Below are positions 35,114 through 47,623 of a stretch of DNA of 47,623 bases, one piece after another. Made by a program: the position numbers and the translations under genes. The stretch covers positions 1-47,623 of the forward strand of contig NW_021834630.1 of NCBI RefSeq assembly GCF_006345805.1, given 5' to 3'. Under the pieces are notes generated by a model. That model made no database searches. It saw only the letters and a list, made by a program, of their open reading frames with translations, and was not told where the DNA came from. This stretch comes from Octopus sinensis. Taxonomy: Eukaryota. Every line of letters begins with the position of its first letter. Within the stretch, counting starts at the first letter, position 1.

Positions 35114-36397
35114 CCCTACCATCACCAAACTGGAACGCATACTCTTCCGCTTCTTGTGGAAGGGAAACGTTCCGATGGTTAGGCGATCCATTTGCTGCCA
35201 ACACCCGCTAAATGGAGGGCAGGGCATGCCGTGGTTGATGATGCGCAGACATGCGCTGAGACTGCGACATCTCCGGCGCTTCATAGACAACGGTGAAAGG
35301 GGTGGTCGCCTTTTGTGCGGCGCGCTTTCCCGCAGCTCGTCTCCTTGGACGAACTACAGTCATGGATCAAGCAGAGACCGAGGCTAGGCGAATGGCACCG
35401 CGAGTGTCGCGTTGCTCTCAAGCAACTCTGCCGTCCGGGATCGAACTTGTGCGACTCCATCACAACAAAGGCATTTATAGAGGATTAGTGGAGGGGAGGT
35501 GCGACGACGAACTCGGGCAGAGTCTGGGCGTCGACGAGGAACACCTGACCCGCCTGTTCAGGACAATTTCGGGCCGGGACCTATGAACAATCACCAAAGA
35601 TCCCTGGCCTGGCAGTGCTATCGAGAAGCATTACCTGTTCGGGATAAGCTCTACAGACACGGTTCCAGACACACTGGACCGACTTGCCGAGATGCGGTCA
35701 GAGCGACGAAACCGTTCTGCAGCACTCGTGCAATGTCCAACCATTTCCGACCTGTGGGCTTATGCCGAACGGCTGCTGTCACGTGTGGGACGAATCCGCC
35801 TATCGGCCGAGTCTATCGTGAGAATTGCTCCGCCCCCTTTCAACCGGGAAGGCAAGGCAGTTTTCATCGTACTGGTGGCCATGGTGAAAGAATGTGTGTG
35901 GTGGACTCGAGCGAAAGGATTAGAGACAAACACTTACCTCTCTGGCCAATCGCTCATCAACTTTTTCAAGTACCACTTGAAAAGGAAGGTGAGAATGGAG
36001 AGGGAAGTTTTGTCTCGCGAAAGATTCAAAAAAAGATGGGTGAATGTTGCAAAGATGGTGCGTGCTAGTAACGAAACCATTTTGAGCATGATCCTGTAGA
36101 TCGTAAAAAAGAAAGAAAGAGAGCATTTTTGACCTCATGTGTTTATTTCTCCCTGACTGGGGTTCCGTGGTCTTTTCTGTAGGCTTTTCTTCCCACGGAT
36201 GAACCCAATCTTGTTATATCAATGTTTACACCATTATTTCTGTGATACACGATTTTCTTTTTTTCCTTTTTTTCCTCCTCTCGATCCTTTTGATCGCAAT
36301 TTTACATTTTTTTATTTTTTTCCACCCTCGAAAAGAAAAGCTCTGCATTTGTATTTGTCCCCTCTGTATTCAGCCCTGTGTGGCTAATAAAAGAAAG
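35114..36397 (+). mobile_element. 5'-truncated Tx1/L1-clade LINE (post-RT region, zf-RVT/CCHC-type region, T-rich 3' UTR)
   Basis: PTITKLERILFRFLWKGNVPMVRRSICCQHPLNGGQGMP...RSLAWQCYREALPVRDKL...HALVQCPTISDLWAY...KKRWVNVAK...LSMIL*, with frameshifts; ends GGCTAATAAAAGAAAG, then (TATC)n. Confidence 0.9.
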
Positions 36398-36398
<1 letters not shown>

Positions 36399-36453
<55 letters not shown>

Positions 36454-36473
36454 TTATTTAACTATCTGTCTGT

Positions 36474-36560
<87 letters not shown>

Positions 36561-36610
36561 CCTACCTACCTATCTACTTGCCAGTCTACCTATCTGCCTA
36601 CCTGTCTATC
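36399..36610. repeat. (TATC)n/(TACC)n microsatellite, 3' flank of the Tx1 copy
   Basis: Directly visible. Confidence 0.95.
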
Positions 36611-37647
36611 CTTATGACATGTGTTCTCCTATAATAAACCTTATACTTTATAACAGTTTGTATCGAGATTTATTGTCCAGCACTTTTCTCCTTTTTTTTT
36701 TCGTTCGCCATTCATCATAACATTATAGACTAATTGTTTATTTATGAAAGGTAAAACACAACACACCACACACACAACACACACACACTCACGCACACAC
36801 AATCACACACACACTCACGCACACACACACTCACACACACACACACTTGTTTGCTTGCGTGTATTATGTACACATAACATAAATAATTCATATGAAGGAG
36901 GCATATATGTAATAATGTCCACAGTTATACGAACGTACGAATGGAGGACTATACATAGATATGTATGTGTGTGTGTATGTGTGTGCGTGTGTGCATGACT
37001 GCATGCGTGAATGTGCGTGTATATGTATGTGTATGTATGTGTATGTATATATATATATATATATATATAAATACGCAAGGCCACTTGTACTACTTTGAGT
37101 GTTTCTTGCACAATGGGGTGTTCTAAAAACTACCCAGGGCTGTTACTAACCACCCCTTCAACACCCAACACCAACACAACCACCCCAACTCTTCCATAGC
37201 AAACCCCCACCACCCCACCACCACCACCCTATCACCACCGCCTGCCCCTGCCGCCGCCGCCGCCGCCGCCACCATCACCACCACAACCAACACCTCCCAC
37301 CTTACAATCGAACTCTTTCGCTCTTTGTTTACATTTTTCCTTCTTTTCTTTCTTCGTTTCTTCTCTTTCTCTCTCGTCTTCCTCTTCCTACCCATTCCCC
37401 ACCCTGCCAAGAAAATCTCCACCCCGCGCACCCTCCCACCTCATCCGCCTTCGACATCCATCTCACCATCCCAGACAGGTGCTCTGAACGTTTGCTTTGT
37501 TAGAGACGTCACATTTATTGTCCGCCTGACTTCGAACGTGTAGGAAGTCCCAGCTGTCTCGTTAGTGACGTCAGCAAACTTTGCAGTCGAAAGTTCGAGT
37601 TAGAGTTACCCTCTCGTCGCTTCACATGTCAGCCGTCCCAGTATATA

Positions 37648-37879
37648 TATTTCTTTACTACCCACAAGGAGCTAAACACAGAGGGGACAATCAAGGACAG
37701 ACAAACGGATTAAGTCGATTACATCAACCTCAGTGTGTAACTGATACTTAATTTATCGACCCCGAAAGGATGAAAGGCAAAGTCGACCTTGGCGGAATTT
37801 GAACTCAGAACGCAGCGGTGGACGAAATACTGCAAAGCATTTCGCCCAGCATGCTAACATTTCTGCCATCTCGCCGCCT
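37648..37879 (-). mobile_element. SINE B monomer, 12-bp TSD
   Basis: TCCCAGTATATA at 37636-37647 and 37880-37891. Confidence 0.9.
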
Positions 37880-38079
37880 TCCCAGTATATAGGACAGACA
37901 GACAGACTATCGTTATTATTGTTGTTCTTGTCCCTCTCACTAACGAAATCTGTCCTGACAGAGCGCATCTTTGATCAAGTTATTCCTAGCGTGACGACAC
38001 TAGGCAACCTTCTATCTCCTCGTTGATAATAGTAAAATGCGATTTGAGAAAGGTTTTCCTGCTTTTATTTCATCTTACT

Positions 38080-38482
38080 CTTTTACTCTTTTACTTGTTT
38101 CAGTCATTTGACTGCGGACATGCTGGAGCACCGCCTTTAATCGAGCAACTCGACCCCGGGACTTATTCTTTTGTAAGCCCAGTACTTATTCTATCGGTCT
38201 CTTTTGCCAAACCGCTAAGTAACGGGGACATAAACACACCAGCATCGGTTGTCAAGCAATGCTAGGGGACAAATACAGACACACAAACACACGTACGCAT
38301 ATATATATATATATACATATATACGACGGGCTTCTTTCAGTTTCCGTCTACCAAATCCACTCGCAAGGCTTTGGTCGGCCCGAGGCTATAGTAGAAGACA
38401 CTTGCCCAAGGTGCCACGCAGTGGGACTGAACCCGGAACCATGTGGTTGGTAAACAAGCTACTTACACACAGCCACTCCTGG
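38080..38482 (-). mobile_element. SINE family A, full length
   Basis: As 5170-5580. Confidence 0.9.
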
Positions 38483-38639
38483 CCTTCTCTTCTATTAAAT
38501 GAAGGAATATTTATTCGAAAGAGCGCTATTCCTAGCGTACCTTTCTTTTTAAATAAAAGAGTCCGATTTGAGGGAGTTTTGGCTGCCTTTTCTGGCAGTT
38601 CTTTCCTTTTCTTTAATGGAAGAATGAGATTTTGGAGTG

Positions 38640-38875
38640 CGAATAAACTAGAGTGTCAGCATCATGATCGTGAGATTGTGGTTTCGATTCCTGGACCGGG
38701 CAACGCGTTGTGTTCTTGAGCAAGACACTTCATTTCACGTTGCTCCAGTCCACTCAGCTGGCAAAATTGAGTAACGCTGCGATGGCCTAGCGTCCCGTCC
38801 AGCTGGGGAGCCCATACGCCATAGAAACCGGAAAACCGGGCCCATGAAAACTATGCTTTAAAAGGGCGCATTTAT
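38640..38875 (+). mobile_element. SINE (middle 2, tail X)
   Basis: GGTTTCGATTCCTGG B-box-like; TTGAGCAAGACACTTCATTTCACGTTGCTCCAGTCCACTCAGCTGGC; AACGCTGCGATGG tail. Confidence 0.75.
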
Positions 38876-39269
38876 TATTTATTATTACTATTTCTTGTAT
38901 GCCCTTCTTTTATTTCAATAATAGGGTGTGGTTTGAAGATTATTTCTGCTGCTATTTCTAACCGTTTTTTTTTTCAACAGCAGAATTTGATTTCAGGAAG
39001 ATTTGGTTACTATTTCTAGCATGTCCTTTGTTTGTTTTTGTTATAACAGAACGAAACTACCTACATATTTAATGTGAATTCAAACAGCAACTAGGTCCCT
39101 TTGTTTAACATATGACTATAGGTCAGGATCACCAATGTGATTAATGCAGTGGCCAGGCGAGGCAGGTGAAATTGAGAACCGCATAAACACACCTACCAAA
39201 ACCTCCCACCTGTCCAGTTGCCGGATAGCTGAATTTTCTTGATTTCTAATCTTGTATCTTTCATTTGTT

Positions 39270-39590
39270 TCAGTCGATAGACTGCGGCCATGCTGGGGCA
39301 CCACCATGAAGAATTTTACTCTAATATTTTTCTCTTTTTAAACCTGGTACTTATTCTATCGATCTCTTTTGCCGACCTGCTAGATCGGGGAAGTAAACAT
39401 GCCAGCATCGGTTGTCAAACGGTGGTGAAGGACAAATATAGTTACAAAGACACACACGCACACACACATGCGTTTCTATCTACCAAATTCAGTCACGAGG
39501 CTGTGGTCGGCCCGAGGATATAGGAGAAGACATTTGCCCAAGATTTCTCGCAGTGGAGCAGAACCTGGAAACATGTCGTTGAGAAACAAA
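39270..39590 (-). mobile_element. Diverged SINE family A
   Basis: GACTGCGGCCATGCTGGGGCACC...GCAGTGGAGCAGAACCTGGAAACATG. Confidence 0.65.
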
Positions 39591-39599
39591 CTTATCCCC

Positions 39600-39620
39600 C
39601 TTTCTTTCTCTCTCTCTCTT

Positions 39621-39666
<46 letters not shown>

Positions 39667-39715
39667 CGTCTGTATGTATATGTATGTGTCTATGTATGTA
39701 TGTATGTATGTATAT

Positions 39716-39753
<38 letters not shown>

Positions 39754-39906
39754 TAAACATATGCATATGTATGTATGTATATATATATATATATGTATAT
39801 ATATGTATGTATGTATGTAATATATATATATATATATACTATATATATATATGTATGTATTATATATATATATATATATGTTATGTATGTATATATATAT
39901 ATAAAT

Positions 39907-39950
<44 letters not shown>

Positions 39951-39970
39951 GTATGTATGTATGTATATAT

Positions 39971-40019
<49 letters not shown>

Positions 40020-40380
40020 ATATATGTTACGGAGATGTACTCGCATATATATCTATCTATATATATATGTAGTATGTATGTATGTAATATATATATATAT
40101 GTATATTTATATATATATATATATATGTGTATATATATTCATATATATATATATTCATATATATATATATATATATATATTCATATATATAATATGTATA
40201 TATTTTTCTTTATATATATATATATAGGTGTGTGTATGTATGTATGCTTGTATATATATATATATATTATATATATATATATATAATATATATATATTAT
40301 ATTATATAGATATATATAATATATATAATATATATTGTGTGTGTGGGGTGGGTGTGTGTGTGTATACATACACACATATG
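39600..40380. repeat. (CT)n then long degenerate (TA)n/(TATG)n
   Basis: Directly visible. Confidence 0.95.
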
Positions 40381-41128
40381 ACCTCGACCTACTTGGAAGC
40401 AAGCCAATTATACAGCGTCGGAATAGTGTGGTTTAGGTAGGGTAAATCTGTTCACCGTTCTGAACGGTGGTATAACTATATAACACTAGTGCTTAAATAT
40501 ATTTTACACCCAGGCGACTGGAGAAAAAAATAATGAGAAGGCCTGATAATTGGGTGTGTGGAGGTGAACAATAATTTCTCTGTCATAGAATATAATTAGG
40601 TACCGTTTAGAATTATTCTTCCATACACTAATGGTGTGTTTTTTTTTTTCCTTTTTGCTTTTATGTTTGTACTGTTAGTAGCCTAGTAATAGTATTTGTT
40701 ATTGTTATTGTTTGGCTCCAAGTCAGCCCCCCTTCTAGCAATTCTGTGATGAAAGGCTCACCACTCAAGACTATCTCGTCCATTTTCTTAGGCATTATGT
40801 ATCTGGAGGAGGGTGGTTTCCGTCAAGTTTCGGCACCCTGTCAATTCTTAACAGTATGGAGTTGAGGCCCTAAAGAAAAGAAGAAGTATCTGGAACTACA
40901 ATATGCAATGTGTCTCTCTCTTTGGGTAATAGCGTGTAATTTAATCCTTTGCCTGGCCAAAGTATATTCTATAAGCTTATCTTAAATGCCCATGCTTCTT
41001 TTCAGACCTTGTGGCATACGCTCTTAGTAATGAAAAGCTTTCTCTTCGTAAGTTCCAATTATTTTTGGTTTGTTGAATAAATTGGGAATGTTTATCATAC
41101 CCGACGCATGACACCGGGGTAAAAAACG

Positions 41129-41274
41129 CTATGTATCACATGTAATACACTTGTGATTCTCATGTGTTCTCCTATGTATCACTTGTAATTCTCATGTCCT
41201 ATGTATCACATGTAATACACTTGTCCTATGTATCACTTGTAATTCTCATGTCCTATGTATCACATGTAATACAC
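41129..41274. repeat. Alternating two-variant ~26-27-bp tandem repeat (A-B-A-B-A)
   Basis: CCTATGTATCACATGTAATACACTTGT alternates with CCTATGTATCACTTGTAATTCTCATGT. Confidence 0.85.
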
Positions 41275-42395
41275 AGGAAAGGTAAAGGATTAAGTTGATA
41301 GGGTGTGATCTGAAGAATGTGGTTGCTATTTTTTGGGGCCTTAGTTTCTTTCATACGTTCTGAGTAATATAAAGCTCTCCTTTCTTAAGTCTCAAATTAC
41401 TCTGGTATTTGAAGAAAAAAAATTGGTAATGTGTATTATACATGATGCGTGGACGCCAGAGAAATATGTCCGGTGTATCATATCTGATACATCGGACAGG
41501 TAAGGGTTGAAGATTTGATTACTTTTCCTAGTAGGTCGAACGATGATGTTGGAACTACAGTGCGTTGTGTATCTGGAGACACACCAGGTTGGTAGTGTCC
41601 TTTCAATTCCATCAGTAGTTGAGGCCCTAAGAAAGGAAATATCTAGGACTACAATATCCAACGTGTCCCCTTCCTTAGGGTATTATACCGGGTTCTCTCA
41701 TCGCCTGGACAATCAATGTCCTGCAGGGTACAGCTAAATTTTACATATTTGTCAGGGGTCTGTGGAAAACGACCATCACCCTACAGCTGTCCGTGTGCAG
41801 GGTAAAACCTGAAGACTTCCAGTAACATCACTACTTGTATCCGTCTCCTCTTTCCCCATCGCCAGTGGATTTATGAATAAACTGTGATGGTATCGGTGTT
41901 GGTGCTCTTAGTGGTGTTTCGGTTCACTGGACAACCTGCACGAGAAGTGTTATTTTAGTGGTTTGCATGGTTTGTGCAGGTCCAGTCTCACTTTCCCGTC
42001 CTTCAAACTTGTATTGGTCTGGCGCAACAAGTACCCTGAGCCCAGTAGTTACCAGGATTCAGGATTTGTAAAGAGTTGCCTTCTCTTAAATGAATGGCTA
42101 AAAAGTTGACGAGCCTCATCTGCCCTGGGTCTCAGACATGCCAATTAGCCCATAGTTGGGACTCTGACAGGCGCTACTACACCGGGTCGGAGTAAATCTG
42201 AGAATAACAGTAGCTAAGAGATGGCTCCACACTCCTCAAAACCCGAACTAGAATGCCTGTACCGGATACAATTTAGTCATATCCAGGACATATTTAGGGA
42301 GTTAGGATGTAATATTAATCAGATTTGGTTACTTATCTAACAGGCCAAGCGACCCCATAGAAGCTACAGTGTTGGATCACATAGAAACTACAGGG

Positions 42396-42879
42396 CTGGA
42401 TAACTTCTCCTTATCTCCTCAAAGATATACATCATCTCGAAAGAGTCCAGAAGCTGGCTACCCGCATGGTTCTTGGTCTCAAGCATTTGTCTTATGAAGA
42501 AAGGCTGAGGTCGCTCGACCTTTATTCTCTCAAAAAACGACGACGCCGTGGTGATCTCATTCTCGCTCACAACATCATAAGCGGAAAGTGTAACCTCTCG
42601 AAAGAACTGTTCTTCACTCCTGCTCCAAAACGTGGGCTGCGGGGTCACTCCGAAAAGCTCTATCTACGACGATTTCATCTCAATCGAAGTGAGAAGGGCT
42701 TTCTCCGTCCGGGTTGCAGATCCGTGGAATAAGCTGCCGGACGAGATAGTGAAGATGCCGACGACCGCTCGGTTCAAAGTCTCTCTTGACCAGAAATGGC
42801 TTGAACTCTTTGTATGACCACCCTCCCTGTACATAACTCCCTTGCTTTTGCTTTTTTGAGCCAATAAAAATTGAATTGA
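42396..42879 (+). mobile_element. 5'-truncated CR1-clade LINE, 17-bp TSD
   Basis: SPYLLKDIHHLERVQKLATRMVLGLKHLSYEERLRSLDLYSLKKRRRRGDLI...LRGHSEKL...AFSVRVADPWNKLPDEIV...FKVSLD; ATTGA tail; ACATAGAAACT(A/C)CAGGG at 42379-42395 and 42880-42896. Confidence 0.9.
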
Positions 42880-43080
42880 ACATAGAAACTCCAGGGACGG
42901 TCAGACTTGATCTTTCAGCTGATTTAATACACCTTTAGCTTAGCCCAGGTTGTTGCAGACATTTTAACTAAAAACTGCTTTACAGTTAACTATTCGAAAT
43001 TTTAATGATCTCTTTTCAACTTTAGCAACCAATGTCCTTATGTTTTCTTTCTCCCTTTTTTCTCCACTTATCTCAGTAGC

Positions 43081-43409
43081 GGTGAGGGCGCGTGGCTTAG
43101 TGGTTATGGCATTCGGCTCATGATCGTAAGGTTGTGAGTTCGATTCCCGGCGACGCGTTGTGTCCTTGAGCAAGACACTTTATTTCACGTTGCTCCAGTC
43201 CACTCAGCTGGCAAAAATGAGTTATACTTGTATTTCAAAGGGTCAGCCTTGTCACTCTCTGTATCACGCTGATTATCCCCGAGAACTACGTTAAGGGTAC
43301 ACGTGTCTGTGGAATGCTCAGCCATTTGCACGTTGATTTCACGAGCAAGCTGTTCCGTTGATCGTATCAGCTGGGACCCTCGTCGTCGTAACCGGCGGAG
43401 TCTTTTTTA
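43081..43409 (+). mobile_element. SINE (middle 2, tail Y), 11-bp TSD
   Basis: tRNA-like head GGCTTAGTGGTT...GAGTTCGATTCCC; ATCTCAGTAGC at 43070-43080 and 43410-43420. Confidence 0.85.
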
Positions 43410-43841
43410 ATCTCAGTAGCCATGCAAAAAGGAAGTCAAAGGCCATCTTTTAAATTTCATTATATTTGTTCTTATTTTGTTTCATCGTTTTGTTTTATTC
43501 CAGTCCTTTTACAGCTGCCGTACTGAAGCACAATACTTTATTTGACGATATCGACCTCGGTAGTTATTTCAATTTGATACTTATTTTATTAATATCTACT
43601 TGTTGAACTACTAATTTACAAAACACAAAAGTACACCACTTGAACACAAACACACAATCACACAATCACACAAACACACAACACACACACACACACACAC
43701 ACACACACTCATACACACTCACACACACACACACACACACACACACGCTCAGACACACACACACACACATAGAGTGTCTCCTCTTAGGTAACCTGTCGGT
43801 TGGTTCTGCTCGAAGAATCCCCTTTTGCGATCCTTTCTTAC

Positions 43842-43956
43842 GGTATCCTAGCCACATCTTCGTAGTACCGGGAGCCGTGACCTTCCAACGTGGAGAAATA
43901 ACAGTTCGACCTAGAGAGATTCCCTGACCTTTGAGCTACGCACCCTGTCGAGTGTT
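43842..43956 (-). other. Candidate exon (115 nt), host gene unknown
   Basis: GCTAAT branch-like motif, GGTTTTGGTCTTCCAG acceptor, ACC|GTAAGA donor; one open frame xHSTGCVAQRSGNLSRSNCYFSTLEGHGSRYYEDVARIP; higher GC than the flanks. Confidence 0.4.
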
Positions 43957-44101
43957 CTGGAAGACCAAAACCACATTAGCCATCAAAATGTCTTATTATT
44001 TAGAGCGGTAGAGTGTGATTTAAAGGACATTTGACAGTGCTTTCCTGCAGATCGAGTGACTAGGTAGAAGCTTATTCATTGGCACGGGGTATATATATAC
44101 A

Positions 44102-44132
<31 letters not shown>

Positions 44133-44135
44133 TGT

Positions 44136-44372
44136 GGAGGCCGTGGCTTAGTGGTTAGGGTGTCAGCATCATGATTGTAAGATTGTGGTTTCGATTCCTG
44201 GACCGGGCGACGCGTTGTGTTCTTGAGTAAAACACTTCATTTCACATTGCTCCCGTCCACTCAGCTGGCAAAAATGAGTAACGCTGCGATGGACTGGCGA
44301 CCCGCGCAGCTGGGGAACACATACGCCATTGAAACCGGGAAACCGGGCCCATGAGGTGCATTTATTTATTTT
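44136..44372 (+). mobile_element. SINE (middle 2, tail X)
   Basis: Same architecture as 38640. Confidence 0.8.
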
Positions 44373-44599
44373 TTTATTATATATATATATATATATATAT
44401 GCATGTGAGTCGTAGTAGTTAGCATTGGCTTCGTTGGTTCTTATTTTTTCCCCTTAGTACTTTGTACTAATGTGCCAGGAATCTGTGTAGTTTTAATGGC
44501 CGCCTTCTCAACAACGAACTGATAAAAATGCAATAAAACTATGTCTAACTGACATCAATATTATCTAAACCGGTTGAATGCCAATTCAGACTGACAGGT

Positions 44600-44616
44600 G
44601 TGTATATGTTTGCGTG

Positions 44617-44686
<70 letters not shown>

Positions 44687-44705
44687 ATATGTATGTATGT
44701 ATGTA

Positions 44706-44781
<76 letters not shown>

Positions 44782-44800
44782 ATATATGTAGGTCTGTATG

Positions 44801-44853
<53 letters not shown>

Positions 44854-44905
44854 ATGTATATATTTATATATGGTGTGTATGTATGTATGTATGTAGTAGT
44901 AGTAT
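44600..44905. repeat. (TA)n/(TATG)n microsatellite
   Basis: Directly visible. Confidence 0.95.
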
Positions 44906-45166
44906 GGTGTGCGTATGTGGCGGGTGGGGTGTTAAGTTGACAAATATGAAGAGCAAGTACTTTATACAGAACTTCAGTACAACATGTATTGTAGTGCTGG
45001 CAATAATTTCTGTCTCTACTCAGAGTTTGGAGAATGTCTGAGTAGTGACGGAATGTAATCAATTATACTCTTTCGTTTCTAATTAATTTCCATTATAATT
45101 TTTAATTATAATATCTATCATTGTATTTTCTGCAGTATGATGATCTGATATAAAATCTCTCACCAG

Positions 45167-45600
45167 GCGCAGGAGTGGCTGTGTGGTAAGTAGCTTGCTA
45201 ACAACCACATGGTCCGGGTTCAGTCCCACTGCGTGGCATCTTGGGCAAGTGTCTTCTGCTATAGCCCGGGCGCCGACCAATGTCTTGTGAGTGGATTTGG
45301 TAGACGGAAACTGAAAGAAGCCTGTCGTTATATATATATATATATATAGATATATGTGTGTGTGTGTGTGTGTTGTGTGGTGTGTGTGTGGTGTTTGTGT
45401 GTCTGTGTTTGTTCCCCTAGCATTGCTTGACAACCGATGCTGGTGTGTTTACGTCCCCGTCACTTAGCGGTTCGGCAAAAAGAGACCGATAGAATAAGTA
45501 CTGGGCTTACAAAAAGAATAAGTCCCGGGGTCGAGTTGCTCGTCTAAAGGCGGTGCTCCAGCATGGCCGCGGTCAAATGACTGAAACAAGTAAAAGAGAG
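45167..45600 (+). mobile_element. SINE family A, full length
   Basis: Complete head, body and TAAAAGAG tail. Confidence 0.9.
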
Positions 45601-45830
45601 GCAAGCATGATTCAAGAACACATACTTATCATCAACATCGTTTTAACGTCCACTTTTACATGCTTGCATGGGTCAGACGGAGTTTACTAAGGCAGATTCG
45701 CAACAACTGGATGCCCTTCATGTTACCAACTGTACTGTTCCCAAACAAGGTAAGATTTTCCTATGGCCAGACACATTTTCACAGAATATCGCAAGAAATG
45801 AACGTCAGTCATTACTTAACACCAATCAAG

Positions 45831-46248
45831 GGATCTTTTCGGTTTGAACGGCAGTTTTTCCTTGCGGTGTCATATGAAATTGTCGCCCATAATTATGACC
45901 TTAGTATCGATCTATTGCATTTCAATCTGTTTTAGGGTTAGGGGTGGGGTGTGGGGGGAAGGGTATCTTTTTTCTTCAAAAATGTAAATAAATCCAATCT
46001 GTTTTTTAAACGAGGGATATATTCATACGGCACAGAATGTTTTTTTACCTCAATAGACGTATTTGATTGGTTGAAATTGCAGAAATTGAAGAAAAACAAC
46101 AACAAATATCTTACAAACTATAGAATTTTCTCAATAAAGCCAAGAGAAAAAGATGTTTTATAAACACATTCTACCAGTATATGAAGTTTAAAAGTGTTTA
46201 GTTACCTAGAAATTATGTTAAAAACTGCCGTTCAAACCGAAAAGATCC
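45831..46248 (-). mobile_element. GGATC-TIR MITE flanked by ~212-bp direct repeats
   Basis: TIRs intact; orientation opposite to the 26016 and 33822 copies; flanks 45619-45830 and 46249-46464 are direct repeats. Confidence 0.9.
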
Positions 46249-46767
46249 CACATTTTTATCATCAACATCGTTTTACCGTCCACTTTTACATACTTGCATG
46301 GGTCAGACGGAGTTTACTAAGGCAGATTTGCAAAAACTGGATGCCTTTCCTGTTACTAACTGTTACCAGTTTCCAAAACAAGGTAAGATTTTCCTATGGC
46401 CAGACACATTTTCACAGAATATCGCAAGAAATGAACGTCATTCATTTACTTAACACCAATCAAGTGATGCCAAGACAAGAGGCAGAAGCACTCACACACG
46501 TATACTCTCAGGCACACACAAACACACACACACGCAAGCACATACACACATACATACATACACATAAAGCACGTTTGTTTCAGTTTCTTTCTACCAAATG
46601 CACTCGCATGGTCGTCCCGGGCGTAATAGTAGAAAGCACTTGGCCAAGATGCCACGCAGTGGGACTGAACTTGAAGTATTGTGGTTGGGAGGCAAACTTC
46701 TTCAGCTCAAAGATATAACTGAGCATAAAAATATACATTCATATTTGCCATAGATCTGTTAAACAGT

Positions 46768-47143
46768 GGAGGCGCAATGGCCCAGTGGTTAGGGCAGCGG
46801 ACTCGCGGTCGTAGGATCGCGGTTTCGATTCCCAGACCGGGCGTTTGTGAGTGTTTATTGAGCGAAAACACCTAAAAGCTCCACGAGGCTCGGCAGGGGA
46901 TGGTGGTGATCCCTGCTGTACTCTTTCACCACAACTTACTCTCACTCTTACTTCCTGTTCTGTGTACCTGTATTCAAAGGGCCGGCCTTGTCACTCTCTG
47001 TGTCACGCTGAATATCCCCGAGAACTACGTTAAGGGTACACGTGTCTGTGGAGTGCTCAGCCACTTACACGTTAATTTCACGAGCAGGCTGTTCCGTTGA
47101 TTCGGATCAACCGGAACCCTCGTCGTCGTAACCGACGGAGTGC
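46768..47143 (+). mobile_element. SINE family C (middle 1, tail Y), full length
   Basis: GGAGGCGCAATGGCCCAGTGGTTAGGG...GGTTTCGATTCCC head to ...CGTCGTCGTAACCGACGGAGTGC. Confidence 0.9.
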
Positions 47144-47397
47144 TACCACATAATATATCACAGAAATAAACCTTGGTGGCAATATATGTCACACACGATA
47201 AATGATTAAGCCATCTATACTGTAATGTAAAAGAAATGTTAGTGTTGAGAAAGTGACACGATTTTAGATGTGTTAATTAACGACAGTTTAACACGAATGC
47301 ATTGAATAATGAAAGTGCTATATGTACGGATGTGTTGTTTTATTTTCTTCTCAAACCTCTTCTCTAGAATCGTAAAATAAGTATTAACACACACACA

Positions 47398-47623
47398 TCA
47401 TCATCATCATTGTTCGACCGTGGTCGAGACAATGGAATTTACCATGCTACGCCAGACTTCACGGTCCATCATGGCATTACGGAGGTCCTGTTGCTGGATG
47501 CCTGTATCTCTGGAGATTACATCAGGGTAGGAGAGTGTGCGCCCTCTGGTATTGCGACTAGATGGCTTCCAGAGGAGAAGAGTAGAAATTACATCTTTTT
47601 CAGCTCTACAACAATGTCCAGCA
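47398..47623 (-). mobile_element. RTE-type LINE 3' end, same family as 32184-32450; cut by window edge
   Basis: Near-identical to 32190-32410; (ATG)n tail. Confidence 0.9.

Noticed and set aside
37566-37573. Perfect CRE TGACGTCA
   Set aside because: A single 8-mer is expected by chance in a window this size.
41390-42300. Possible coding exon or LINE ORF
   Set aside because: Short ORFs without recognisable motifs; partial similarity to 40860-40930 suggests an old unclassified repeat.
44945-45041. Signal-peptide-like [34 protein letters not shown]
   Set aside because: It stops after 31 codons with no convincing donor; overlapping frames are equally open.
46768-46840. tRNA gene (also heads at 3275, 22719, 43087, 45167)
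   Set aside because: A/B-box-like heads continue into SINE bodies, and I could not form a full cloverleaf.

Overview
Repeat-dense, AT-rich animal genomic DNA. The tRNA-head SINE families, the very high microsatellite load and the TTAGGG-type repeats point to an octopus or other coleoid cephalopod (inference). No complete host gene is recognisable. Most listed ORFs are translations of microsatellites or SINEs; a few isolated splice-site-bounded segments are only exon candidates. The window holds about 40 SINE copies of at least three modular families, and decayed LINE fragments of five clades: Tx1/L1, RTE (two types, one with C-terminal C2H2 fingers), CR1, HERO and R4. It also has an 8-bp-TSD MITE family carrying TAACCC repeats, a hAT-like MITE, a non-autonomous Helitron, minisatellites, tandem duplications and fold-back palindromes. 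The strongest signals are microsatellite-associated retrotransposons. (1) Three separate Tx1-type insertions all end at TATC repeats, and an abundant SINE shares the Tx1 3' tail and forms fixed-junction 184-bp multimers. (2) An RTE with three C2H2 fingers sits in (TATG)n with a perfect 22-bp TSD and a 5' inversion of twin-priming geometry; a second finger-bearing fragment lies at the same microsatellite. All clade assignments are from recalled motifs, not database searches.
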